Origin: Alphaproteobacteria bacterium | Lineage (GTDB): Bacteria; Pseudomonadota; Alphaproteobacteria; CAAHEQ01; UBA3637 | Length of the DNA stretch: 64,000 nt | Direction of reading: 5' to 3' | NCBI GenBank assembly: GCA_017412085.1 | Contig: JAFPYS010000017.1 | Span: 2,969-66,968, forward strand | Shown: positions 45,305-53,723 of the stretch, one piece after another | How positions within the stretch are numbered: the stretch's first letter is position 1 | Layout: each line of letters starts with the position of its first letter | The notes under the pieces: model-generated | Database searches by the model: none | Seen by the model: the letters and a program-made list of their open reading frames with translations, nothing else | What the model was told of the DNA's origin: nothing | Position numbers and translations under genes: made by a program

Positions 45305-46339
45305 TTATCTTGCTGAACGGCCTTTTGAACGTTTAGGCTCACCCATGCCCAATTCATACTGAACCGTCTTGTTTTTGCCCATTTTCGCATTTAATAACGC
45401 TATTTCCGCTTCCCGGAAAAATAATTTATCCCAATTCTCCTCATTCTCAAAACTCGTCCGTGAAACACCAATGCTGAAACTGAATGGAGGAAGTCTGTCC
45501 GCATTCTTTTTTTGTATTTCACCAATTTTTTTACGGATTCTATCCGAAACAATCTCCGCCTGTGTTGCACGAATCCCCGTTAAAAATAACAAAAATTCAT
45601 CGCCCCCACGACGCCCCAAAATATCCGTCTTTCTTGTTCCCGATCTAACACCTTCGGTCAATTCCTTAAGCAACTCGTCGACCACATCTTCGCCATATTT
45701 CCTGTTTAGACCGTGTAAATTATCCACATCAAAGAACATCAAAACCGCTGGTGTGCCGGGGTGCAGCATACGAAATTCCTGTACTTTTCTTTCAAAACCA
45801 CGGCGATTCAATATCCCCGTCAAATAATCATGATCTTTTTCCTTTGCATATTGTTTAAGCAACTCATCATCCTCGCGACCATATACATCCACCGGAAAAT
45901 CGGATGGAACAAGCACATCTTGTTCCCGTCTGCGGTCAAACATTTTTGCCTTCACTTCACTGACCGGCAATATGCGGCGCGTTCTGCCTTTGTCAACACA
46001 AAACAAACTCACCACATCCAACTTTGGGGGCAAACGATCTTTGCTTAATTTTGCATGCTGTTTTGTGAAAGTCACCTGATCGAAAAAATAGAGTCCATTG
46101 TTTTGAGGTTTGTCGGTATCCTCAAAGGGACTAATCCGGACTTCGTCCCCAAATATTTTTTTTAAATTTCCAGCCAAGAAAACTTTCATCTCATCTGGTA
46201 AATCTGGTTGATATTTAATTTCCGAAAGTGCTATCTTTTTCTCACGCAGTGCCAAACACGTCGCTACCGCACGCACATACATTGATCGTTGCCAGCGAAC
46301 ATCATCACTATACCGACGAACACATGATAAAAAAATCAT
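45305..46339 (-). CDS. Diguanylate cyclase (GGDEF) with an uncharacterised N-terminal domain of about 170 aa
   Basis: YLTGILNRRGF...FFDVDNLHGLNRKYG...RRGGDEFLLFL (intact GGDEF). Confidence 0.85.
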   Translation of the reverse strand: MIFLSCVRRYSDDVRWQRSMYVRAVATCLALREKKIALSEIKYQPDLPDEMKVFLAGNLKKIFGDEVRISPFEDTDKPQNNGLYFFDQVTFTKQHAKLSKDRLPPKLDVVSLFCVDKGRTRRILPVSEVKAKMFDRRREQDVLVPSDFPVDVYGREDDELLKQYAKEKDHDYLTGILNRRGFERKVQEFRMLHPGTPAVLMFFDVDNLHGLNRKYGEDVVDELLKELTEGVRSGTRKTDILGRRGGDEFLLFLTGIRATQAEIVSDRIRKKIGEIQKKNADRLPPFSFSIGVSRTSFENEENWDKLFFREAEIALLNAKMGKNKTVQYELGMGEPKRSKGRSAR

Positions 46340-46455
46340 GAGTATCCTTTCGTTTCACTGCTATCAGACTATTACAAACGAGGACTTATGTCAATCGTTT
46401 TTATGAGTGATCTGACCGTGCTTGTTTTAATTGTGTCGATTAATCTCAATGATAG

Positions 46456-47016
46456 TTAGCCGCCTTGTTGGCTTTCGTGTAATCCGAACAATGCAGTCAG
46501 AAATGAAAACTTTGCCTCATCTTGACATTCTGTTACCGCTCGAATAAGCTTCAATCTTTTTTCATCTTCACACTTTTTAACGGCCGAAAGAATCGCTGCA
46601 CGATATATAATAAGATCGCTTAATGTTTTTGTTTGCGGCACTAGTTTTGAATCATACGGATCAATCTTTCTTCTGTTTCTTCTCAGTGTCGCTTCATCCA
46701 ACAAAACGCCATCCATCTTAACACTTGTTACATCATGTCCAACTTCAATTTTTGTTAGTTTTTGCTGTTTATCACCATACACCCGAACACCTGAGTGATA
46801 AAACAGATCATCAGAGATCTCTACACTACGGCCGCGCACATATCCCCCATCCCACACACACCGAAGCGAATCTGTTTTATCGAGATGAATGACTTTCTTT
46901 ACATATCCTTTGCGCGCGTCTGTGCAGAGCACCCGCATCTTTTGGCCTGCCTCCGTTTTAATGGTTAAGCCACAAAATCTTCCGCGTCCGCTATATTCTC
47001 TTTTAATCTCAATCAT
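46456..47016 (-). CDS. Hypothetical 186-aa protein
   Basis: AAGGAG RBS and its own near-consensus promoter. No family recognised. Confidence 0.6.
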   Translation of the reverse strand: MIEIKREYSGRGRFCGLTIKTEAGQKMRVLCTDARKGYVKKVIHLDKTDSLRCVWDGGYVRGRSVEISDDLFYHSGVRVYGDKQQKLTKIEVGHDVTSVKMDGVLLDEATLRRNRRKIDPYDSKLVPQTKTLSDLIIYRAAILSAVKKCEDEKRLKLIRAVTECQDEAKFSFLTALFGLHESQQGG

Positions 47017-47043
47017 TGAAACTCCTTGAAAAATGTAGGGATT

Positions 47044-47072
47044 ATTCTACCTTATTTGACTGTTTTTGTCAA
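47044..47072 (-). promoter_or_regulatory. Near-consensus sigma70 promoter of the 186-aa ORF
   Basis: On the minus strand: TTGACA (47072-47067), 17 nt spacer, TAGAAT (47049-47044). Confidence 0.6.
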
Positions 47073-47104
47073 GTAATTTTTCACAAACCTTATGTTTGTT
47101 TTAC

Positions 47105-47133
47105 TTGACATTTTTCTGTGTTTTAGGTACATT
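47105..47133 (+). promoter_or_regulatory. Sigma70-like promoter of lgt
   Basis: TTGACA (47105-47110), 17 nt spacer, TACATT (47128-47133). AAGGAGG RBS downstream. Confidence 0.55.
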
Positions 47134-47158
47134 TTATTTTAGTTATTAAGGAGGCTTC

Positions 47159-47977
47159 ATGTATCCAGGTATCCCTTTTCCAGAAATAAATCCAGTCTTA
47201 TTCCAATGGGGATGGTTTGCTGTGCGATGGTATTCACTTGCCTATATTTTTGGCATTTTAGGAGCGTGGTGGCTGGCGCGACAAATGTCAAAAAAATCTA
47301 ATAGCACTTTTTCTGTTTTAAAAATCGACGACTTTTTAATTTGGGCAACGATCGGCATCATTGTTGGCGGTCGTGTTGGATATTGCCTATTTTACAACTT
47401 GCGATATTTTTTGGAATTTCCCGCTCAGATTTTAGCAATCTGGCAAGGAGGGATGTCCTTTCATGGCGGATTATTGGGAGTCATGATTGCAACAATTTTG
47501 TTCGCTTGGAAACGAAGCGTTCCTTTGTTTACAATGGCAGATATCTTAGTTTGCGTTGCGCCTATTGGATTATTTTTGGGGCGGTTAGCCAATTTTGTAA
47601 ACGGAGAATTGTTTGGACGCGTAACTCATACTGTTCCTTGGGCCATGATTTTTCCGATGGGTGGTCCTGAGCCCCGGCACCCCAGTCAATTATACGAAGC
47701 TGGGTTAGAAGGCATTTTAATTTTTTTAATTTTAAATGCATTATGGTGGTTTGCGCCCAGCATTCGTAATCGGCGCGGACTGACCACCGGCATTTTCTTT
47801 GTCATATATGGAATTGGGCGTTTCTTTTTGGAATACACCCGAGAACCAGATGCGCATCTTGGCCTTGTTTGGCAAGGACTTAGCATGGGACAAATTTTAT
47901 GCATCCCCATGGTTCTTTTGGGCATATTTTTTATCCTGTTATCCAAAAAAAATACTGTTTATCACCGGGAGTTTTAG
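47159..47977 (+). CDS. lgt: Prolipoprotein diacylglyceryl transferase
   Basis: ...VRWYSLAYIFGIL...GGRVGYCLFYN...GGMSFHGGLLG...GRLANFVNGELFGR. Confidence 0.93.
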   Translation: MYPGIPFPEINPVLFQWGWFAVRWYSLAYIFGILGAWWLARQMSKKSNSTFSVLKIDDFLIWATIGIIVGGRVGYCLFYNLRYFLEFPAQILAIWQGGMSFHGGLLGVMIATILFAWKRSVPLFTMADILVCVAPIGLFLGRLANFVNGELFGRVTHTVPWAMIFPMGGPEPRHPSQLYEAGLEGILIFLILNALWWFAPSIRNRRGLTTGIFFVIYGIGRFFLEYTREPDAHLGLVWQGLSMGQILCIPMVLLGIFFILLSKKNTVYHREF

Positions 47978-48565
47978 ATGGCAAAAAGGCACACGTGGTT
48001 ACAAAATTTTGGACGCTTATTACGATTGCGTTTAATTGTGCCAATTATTCGTTCGCCACACCCCCCAGAACATACCGCCCGAGGTGTTGCCATTGGTACA
48101 TTGTGGGCAATGACACCTTTGGTTGGCATTCAGATGTGGCTTGTTTCCATGACCTGGTTTTTTTACAAAAAAGTTTTAAAAAGTTCCTTTTCTTTGCCTT
48201 TGGGGTTGGCCTTTACATGGATTACAAACGTATTCACAATGGTTCCGGTTTATTATGTTTTCTATGTAACGGGGCAAATGATGATGGGACATTGGGATTC
48301 CATCAGCGGATACAGCCATTTAAAAAGCATCATTCACCAAACATTTATGTCTGATCTTTCTTTTAAAGACGAATGGATTTTATTTTTTAAGCTGTTATTA
48401 CAAGACTGGGGAATTGCTATGATAATTGGATGTATTCCCTGGATGATTTTGGGGTATTGGTTGGGATATCGTCTCACGTTACAATTTATAAAAGATTATC
48501 ATATTTTACGCACGAAAAGAAAACTTATGAAACAACAAAAACTTTCAAGAAAAAGCCACAAATGA
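47978..48565 (+). CDS. DUF2062 membrane protein
   Basis: RSPHPPEHTARGVAIGTLWAMTPLVGIQMWL is typical of DUF2062. The ATG abuts the lgt stop. Confidence 0.8.
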   Translation: MAKRHTWLQNFGRLLRLRLIVPIIRSPHPPEHTARGVAIGTLWAMTPLVGIQMWLVSMTWFFYKKVLKSSFSLPLGLAFTWITNVFTMVPVYYVFYVTGQMMMGHWDSISGYSHLKSIIHQTFMSDLSFKDEWILFFKLLLQDWGIAMIIGCIPWMILGYWLGYRLTLQFIKDYHILRTKRKLMKQQKLSRKSHK

Positions 48566-49191
48566 TCTCTGTTTTTAATGATTTTCCTTTTATCCATGCG
48601 GCCTTTTGTAATGCAAAAGAAAGTCTTTCCGTTCAAAATCCAATTATAATGAACCAAGTTCATGGGGCCGATGTTTTAATTTTAAATGATACACCAAAAC
48701 ACGCCCCAGATTGTGATGCTTTGGTCACGAATCAAGTGGATTTAAAATTAACCGTTAAAACCGCAGATTGTGCGCCCGTTCTTTTTCTGGATCCTCATGC
48801 AAAAATTATTGCCGCAACACATGCTGGATGGAAAGGAGCCTTTCAAGGCGTTTTGGAAAACACATTACTAACGATGGTTAAATTGGGCGCGTCCGTTGAT
48901 AACATCTGCGCGGCAATTGGCCCTCACTTAACGAAGAAAAGTTTTCAAGTGTCTTCTGATATGAGAGCTCTTTTCCCAGCAACGGAACAACATTTTTTTG
49001 AGTCTGGCTCATCTGGTATTTATTTTGATTTTACTGGCTATATTCAACATCGCTTAAAACGTGTGGGTGTGCAGCGTATAGATACTTTTGATATTGATAC
49101 TTATTCAGATTTAACCTATAATAGTTACCGTCGCGACAAACAAAATCCCGCGCGGCAATATAGTTTTATTCAAATAAATAAAGGAGCTTAA
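48562..49191 (+). CDS. pgeF: YfiH/PgeF family (purine nucleoside phosphorylase / peptidoglycan editing factor), short form
   Basis: QVHGADVLIL...DALVT...KTADCAPVLF...THAGWKG. The start was chosen at the ATGA overlap with the DUF2062 gene. Confidence 0.75.
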   Translation: MISVFNDFPFIHAAFCNAKESLSVQNPIIMNQVHGADVLILNDTPKHAPDCDALVTNQVDLKLTVKTADCAPVLFLDPHAKIIAATHAGWKGAFQGVLENTLLTMVKLGASVDNICAAIGPHLTKKSFQVSSDMRALFPATEQHFFESGSSGIYFDFTGYIQHRLKRVGVQRIDTFDIDTYSDLTYNSYRRDKQNPARQYSFIQINKGA

Positions 49192-49192
49192 C

Positions 49193-50089
49193 ATGTACGA
49201 TAATATCGAGTTCGTTATTGCCGCCGCTGGCGAATGTACACGCAATTTCCCTCATTCCAAAGCAATTGCTCATAAGGCATTATTGCCCATGGGAGATATG
49301 CGCATTATTGATTATACTTTGCAAGACATCGTGCATATAGGCGGGCGGCATATTACATTTGTTTGTTCCAATCAAAAAGTAATCGACGACTTCAAAAGGG
49401 CTTTGTGCACAGATGTCAAAACGGAAGAAAAATTACGCGCCAAAGGGAAAAATGACATTGCCGATGTGTTACATGCAACTTTTTTGCCCGACGATGTGGA
49501 TCTAAAATTCGCAATTCAAGCAGAACCCCTGGGAACGGGCTCTGTTATACATGCGGCGCGTGAAGCAATACAAAATCGTCATGTTGTTTTAATTTTCCCA
49601 GATGATCTAATTATTTCCAAAGATCCTCAGCTTCCTCACATAAAAAAGCTGTTGGATGCTTTTGTGAAAAATCCGAAAATGACTTTATTGACGGGAATTG
49701 AAAAAGAAGACGTCAGCAACAATGCTATTTTGGTGAACAATCGTATCGTAGAAAAACCCAAAAACCCAACCAGCCACATTGCCGGATATTCGCCCGTTGT
49801 TATCCCCGCCGAAGCGGTCCAATTTCTGATTAGTCAAGCAACAAACCGGCTTAAACAAGCGCGTGAAAATCATAAAGAATGGTTATACATGGACTCTATC
49901 AACGATTTTTTAGACGAGAGCGGAGAAGCAGCTGGCTTTGCGGCGGATATGTTCTTAAAATCTGATGAAGATCAGATGTTAGATACTGGCAATTTAGAAC
50001 TTTATGAACAATGCCTTTTGGAGATGCTTTTAAAACACTCAAAATATCAAGACAAAAATTGTCAATTCGCCAAGAAATTACTTGGATAA
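49193..50089 (+). CDS. Sugar-phosphate nucleotidyltransferase family protein (GalU-like, divergent)
   Basis: N-terminus FVIAAAGECTRNFPHSKAIAHKALLPMG resembles the GxGTRxxPxTKxxPKxLLP motif. 298 aa. Confidence 0.65.
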   Translation: MYDNIEFVIAAAGECTRNFPHSKAIAHKALLPMGDMRIIDYTLQDIVHIGGRHITFVCSNQKVIDDFKRALCTDVKTEEKLRAKGKNDIADVLHATFLPDDVDLKFAIQAEPLGTGSVIHAAREAIQNRHVVLIFPDDLIISKDPQLPHIKKLLDAFVKNPKMTLLTGIEKEDVSNNAILVNNRIVEKPKNPTSHIAGYSPVVIPAEAVQFLISQATNRLKQARENHKEWLYMDSINDFLDESGEAAGFAADMFLKSDEDQMLDTGNLELYEQCLLEMLLKHSKYQDKNCQFAKKLLG

Positions 50090-50090
50090 A

Positions 50091-50561
50091 TTATTTAGAG
50101 GTTAATGTTAAACTTCCGTCGTCAGTAGACGTTACCGTCATGTTCGCATATGTCATATTTTTCAGACGCTGAACTGCTAAATACGGTAAACCAGAAATGG
50201 CAATTTCAAATTTTGAACAATCTCTGGCGGGACAAGGCGTAACATTTATTTGACTGCCAAAACGAGACACAAAGCACGCTGACGTAGAAGCACCACTGTT
50301 ACAAATTTGCAAATCAACCAAATCATTGCCCTGAATCGCCTGTTTAAAAGACGTTTCCGGATATCCGCCTGCATTCCAAGAAAACAGGTCAATAACTCCC
50401 TGAGAAAGTTCTTCCACATCATTAAAAGTTGCATTAATTTTATACATATCCACGCCAAAACCAATGCCCGCAATGGCGCCATACATAATCACACCCATGA
50501 TGGCCAAAACGCCCAGCATTTCCAGCATCGTACGGCCGGATTCATTTTTTGCTTTTGTCAT
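50091..50561 (-). CDS. Prepilin-type N-terminal domain protein, paralog of 3733-4101
   Basis: MTKAKNESG|RTMLEMLGVLAIMGVIMYG. GGAG lies 6 nt upstream of this ATG; the upstream ATG at 50567 directly abuts the GGAG. Confidence 0.7.
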   Translation of the reverse strand: MTKAKNESGRTMLEMLGVLAIMGVIMYGAIAGIGFGVDMYKINATFNDVEELSQGVIDLFSWNAGGYPETSFKQAIQGNDLVDLQICNSGASTSACFVSRFGSQINVTPCPARDCSKFEIAISGLPYLAVQRLKNMTYANMTVTSTDDGSLTLTSK

Positions 50562-50575
50562 TTTCATCTCCTTTT

Positions 50576-51352
50576 TTATTTTTTATACTCTGAAAAACCA
50601 AAACTTGCAAGCATTTTTTCCAAACGCTTGTCTAAAATAATTTTCTGCTGTTTTTTTGAAAACTTGATACTCAACAATGCGTCATTTAGCACGCCCAACT
50701 TTTTCATTTTGTTTAATGTTGTTTTGGCGCGCTTTCCGGTGATTATTTGAAACATTTCCTCCCTGCGGCGATCAAGTGACAATGTTGAAATAAACGGCAT
50801 CACAAATGGAATCGCCCGCTTAACATCTGGATCAATATCCCTTTCACCAAATTTTGCCCAAAAACGAAAATATCTTAATAATCTTAAATAATCCTCTTGC
50901 ATCCTTTTTTTCGCGCTACCAATAAACCGCAAATGCCCCGCCTTTAAATCTTCAATGCCGCCCACATAATCATAAATTTTACCATGAACATCTGCATAAA
51001 GGGCATTAACTGTAAAATCCCGCCTTTTGGCATCAACCGCCCACGATTTTGTAAATTTAACAACGGCATGACGACCATCAGTTAAAACATCTTTGCGCAA
51101 GGTTGTAATTTCAAATGGTGTCCCATCAACCTTTGCTATAATTGTCCCGAAAGGACGCCCAATATCCACATGCGGCACATGATGTTTTTCCAACAAATTC
51201 ACCACTTCGTCTGGTGTTAACGGCGTGGCCATATCTCGATCTTGAAAATGTTTATGCAATAAATAATCGCGCACACAGCCGCCAACCAAGCGAACTTTGT
51301 CTCCCAATATTCGATGAAGAAATAATGCTTTTTTATCCCACAACTTTTGCAT
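50576..51352 (-). CDS. tRNA nucleotidyltransferase/poly(A) polymerase family protein, short (258 aa)
   Basis: RLVGGCVRDYLL...DRDMAT...RRDFTVNALY head-domain motifs. The long N-terminal extension in the ORF track overlaps rnd and its promoter and is rejected. Confidence 0.8.
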   Translation of the reverse strand: MQKLWDKKALFLHRILGDKVRLVGGCVRDYLLHKHFQDRDMATPLTPDEVVNLLEKHHVPHVDIGRPFGTIIAKVDGTPFEITTLRKDVLTDGRHAVVKFTKSWAVDAKRRDFTVNALYADVHGKIYDYVGGIEDLKAGHLRFIGSAKKRMQEDYLRLLRYFRFWAKFGERDIDPDVKRAIPFVMPFISTLSLDRRREEMFQIITGKRAKTTLNKMKKLGVLNDALLSIKFSKKQQKIILDKRLEKMLASFGFSEYKK

Positions 51353-51376
51353 AATTTCATGATAAACAAAGATTTC

Positions 51377-51404
51377 TTGCAAATCAAGAGAAAAAAGGTA
51401 TAAT
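51377..51404 (+). promoter_or_regulatory. Promoter giving an apparently leaderless rnd mRNA
   Basis: TTGCAA (51377-51382), 16 nt spacer, TATAAT (51399-51404), then 6 nt to the ATG at 51411. No SD. Confidence 0.45.
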
Positions 51405-51410
51405 GGATCT

Positions 51411-52550
51411 ATGATGATTACAACAACAAAAGAACTCACCGAATTATGTGCACGCTTTGCCAAACATCCGTTTGTCACAGTGGACACCGAGTTCATTCGT
51501 GAAAAAACATATTATCCGCAGGTTTGTTTAATTCAATTAGCTAGCCCTGAAGAAGCTGTTTGCGTGGATCCTTTATCGAAAGATTTAGACTTAAAACCAT
51601 TGTTTGACCTTTTTCAAAATAAACAGGTTATCAAAGTTTTCCATGCCTGTCGTCAAGATATTGAAATTTTTTATCATCTCTCTCATCAAATTCCAGTGCC
51701 TGTTTTTGACACGCAGGTAGGTGCTATGGTGTGTGGTTATGGAGATAATGTCAGCTATCAACAGCTTGTCAATGATTTCGTGGGCATTTCTTTGGATAAA
51801 ACAATGCGTGTGACCGATTGGTCTAACCGCCCGTTGAGTGAGGATCAAATCCAATATGCATTACATGACGTTACGGAATTAAGAACCGTTTACACCAAGA
51901 TGATGGAACGAATCTGTGCTCAAAACAGACTGGATTGGCTGACCGAAGAAATGGCCGACCTGGTTGATCCCAGCACATACGAACCAGATGTTGACACCTT
52001 GTGGAAAAAAGTTAAAGTGCCCCTCAAGAAACCTTTAACCTTGCATATCTTTGCAAAACTTTATGCTTGGCGTGAACGCGCCGCCCAGCAAAAAGATCGC
52101 CCCAAAAAACACTTTATGAAAGATGAGGCCTTGGTTGAATTGGCCATAGCCGCACCCACTTCGGCCGAACAATTTAGCTCATTACGTTCCTTTCCTGCGG
52201 GATACGGTAAAAGTGACCAGGCAAAAGAAATCATTACCATTATTACCAAAGCTATACACGATGATCCCACTACATTTGAACAGCCAGTTCAAACAAAACC
52301 GTTAACGACGAAACAGCATAACTTAGCGGAGATATTACATCTTGTTTTAAATATTTGTGCTGACAATTATGGTGTAGCCCCAAAATTAGTCGCTTCCGTT
52401 AGTGATATTCACAACTTTATCCAAACGGGCGACGCCGCTTTTTTAACTGGATGGCGCAAAAAAGTTTTTGGTGACGCCGCTACAGCTTTGCAACAAGGAA
52501 AGCTCTCCATTGTATATGATCCAATTTTAGGAAAAACTATTTTGCGTTAA
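51411..52550 (+). CDS. rnd: Ribonuclease D
   Basis: DEDD exonuclease motifs (VTVDTEF; HACRQDIE; YALHDV) and an HRDC region. 379 aa. Confidence 0.9.
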   Translation: MMITTTKELTELCARFAKHPFVTVDTEFIREKTYYPQVCLIQLASPEEAVCVDPLSKDLDLKPLFDLFQNKQVIKVFHACRQDIEIFYHLSHQIPVPVFDTQVGAMVCGYGDNVSYQQLVNDFVGISLDKTMRVTDWSNRPLSEDQIQYALHDVTELRTVYTKMMERICAQNRLDWLTEEMADLVDPSTYEPDVDTLWKKVKVPLKKPLTLHIFAKLYAWRERAAQQKDRPKKHFMKDEALVELAIAAPTSAEQFSSLRSFPAGYGKSDQAKEIITIITKAIHDDPTTFEQPVQTKPLTTKQHNLAEILHLVLNICADNYGVAPKLVASVSDIHNFIQTGDAAFLTGWRKKVFGDAATALQQGKLSIVYDPILGKTILR

Positions 52551-53656
52551 CCAAATATTTTACTGACTAGATTTTTAAAATCTTCGCATAATGTGGAATT
52601 CTTTTTGCTTAAATTATCAAATTTCTTTAATAATTCTTTCTGTTCCCCGGTCAAATTGGTTGGTGTCTCCACGCGGAACGTCACATATAAATCACCAAAC
52701 CTGTCGGACTTAAGCACGGGCATTCCTTTCCCTTTAATCTTAACTTGTGTTCCCGACTGTAAGCCCGCTTTCAGGGTATAGTTTTCGCCTTTGCCATCCA
52801 ATGTTGGCACAAATACTTCGCCACCCAACGCCGCTGTTACCATAGGAACGGGCACTGTCACATATAAATTATCTCCTTGGCGCTCGAACAACTTGTGAGG
52901 TTGGACATTAATAAAGACATACATATCACCAGCGCTTCCACCATTAGGCGCCACATCTCCTTCCCCGGCCAAACGCATCCGCACACCCGTATCTACCCCG
53001 GCAGGAATTGTGATTTCCAAATCACGTTTCTTTCGCACGCGCCCAGTTCCAGAACAAGCCTTGCATGGTTTTTTAATGACCTTACCTGTTCCATGGCAAA
53101 CCGGACACGTAGTCTCCATCACAAAGAAGCCTTGGCGCTGGCGCACAACACCCATTCCACCGCAGGTACCACATGTATCCAAACCTTCGCCACCCACACC
53201 ATGACACGCATCACACGCAACATATGTATTGACGTTGATTTTCTTTTTAAGACCGTGATACGCCTCTTCCAGCGTCACATCCAAATCATACCGCACATCT
53301 GCGCCTTGAGCCTTGCCCCCACGAGGTCTACCGCGGCGCATACCGAACATTTCTGCAAACAAATCTTCAAAACCCGCTCCAGAAAAATCAAAACCGCCAA
53401 AACCACCTTGAAATCCACCAGCGCCCCCCATGCCGGCCTTAAACGCCTCATGTCCTACGCGGTCATAGGTCGCACGCTTTTCATCATCTTTTAAAACTTC
53501 ATACGCTTCTGCCAATTCTTTAAATTTCTTTTCGGCTTCAGGATCTCCCGCATGATGATCAGGATGACAACTCATGGCCTTAACGCGAAAAGCCCGTTTG
53601 ATTTCTTCAAACGAGGCCGTTTTTTCTACACCTAAAGTTTCATAATAATCCGCCAT
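52547..53656 (-). CDS. dnaJ: Chaperone DnaJ
   Basis: J domain with HPD, a G/F region and four CxxCxGxG zinc-finger repeats. Confidence 0.96.
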   Translation of the reverse strand: MADYYETLGVEKTASFEEIKRAFRVKAMSCHPDHHAGDPEAEKKFKELAEAYEVLKDDEKRATYDRVGHEAFKAGMGGAGGFQGGFGGFDFSGAGFEDLFAEMFGMRRGRPRGGKAQGADVRYDLDVTLEEAYHGLKKKINVNTYVACDACHGVGGEGLDTCGTCGGMGVVRQRQGFFVMETTCPVCHGTGKVIKKPCKACSGTGRVRKKRDLEITIPAGVDTGVRMRLAGEGDVAPNGGSAGDMYVFINVQPHKLFERQGDNLYVTVPVPMVTAALGGEVFVPTLDGKGENYTLKAGLQSGTQVKIKGKGMPVLKSDRFGDLYVTFRVETPTNLTGEQKELLKKFDNLSKKNSTLCEDFKNLVSKIFG

Positions 53657-53679
53657 TTACATCATCCCTTATGCGCCTA

Positions 53680-53711
53680 AAAACAAGAAAAGGGGCAGAT
53701 TACTCTGCCCC
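53680..53711 (-). terminator. Intra-operon hairpin (attenuator/terminator) between dnaK and dnaJ
   Basis: GGGGCAGA (53692-53699) pairs with TCTGCCCC (53704-53711). On the minus strand it is followed by a T-rich run. Confidence 0.6.
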
Positions 53712-53723
53712 ATGTTCTGAAGT

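Noticed and set aside
46456-47016. PilZ-type c-di-GMP receptor, suggested by the RRNRR motif next to a GGDEF gene
   Set aside because: An RxxxR-like RRNRR is present, but I found no D/NxSxxG motif at the expected 20-30 aa downstream. The assignment is not supported.
48430-48561. Upstream start (48430) for the YfiH/PgeF ORF
   Set aside because: It would overlap 136 nt of the DUF2062 gene in another frame. The family-conserved sequence begins after the ATGA overlap at 48562.
51353-51496. N-terminal 48-codon extension of the nucleotidyltransferase ORF (start at 51496)
   Set aside because: It would run through the rnd promoter and the first 86 nt of rnd. The conserved family N-terminus begins at MQKLWDKK...LVGGCVRD (start at 51352).
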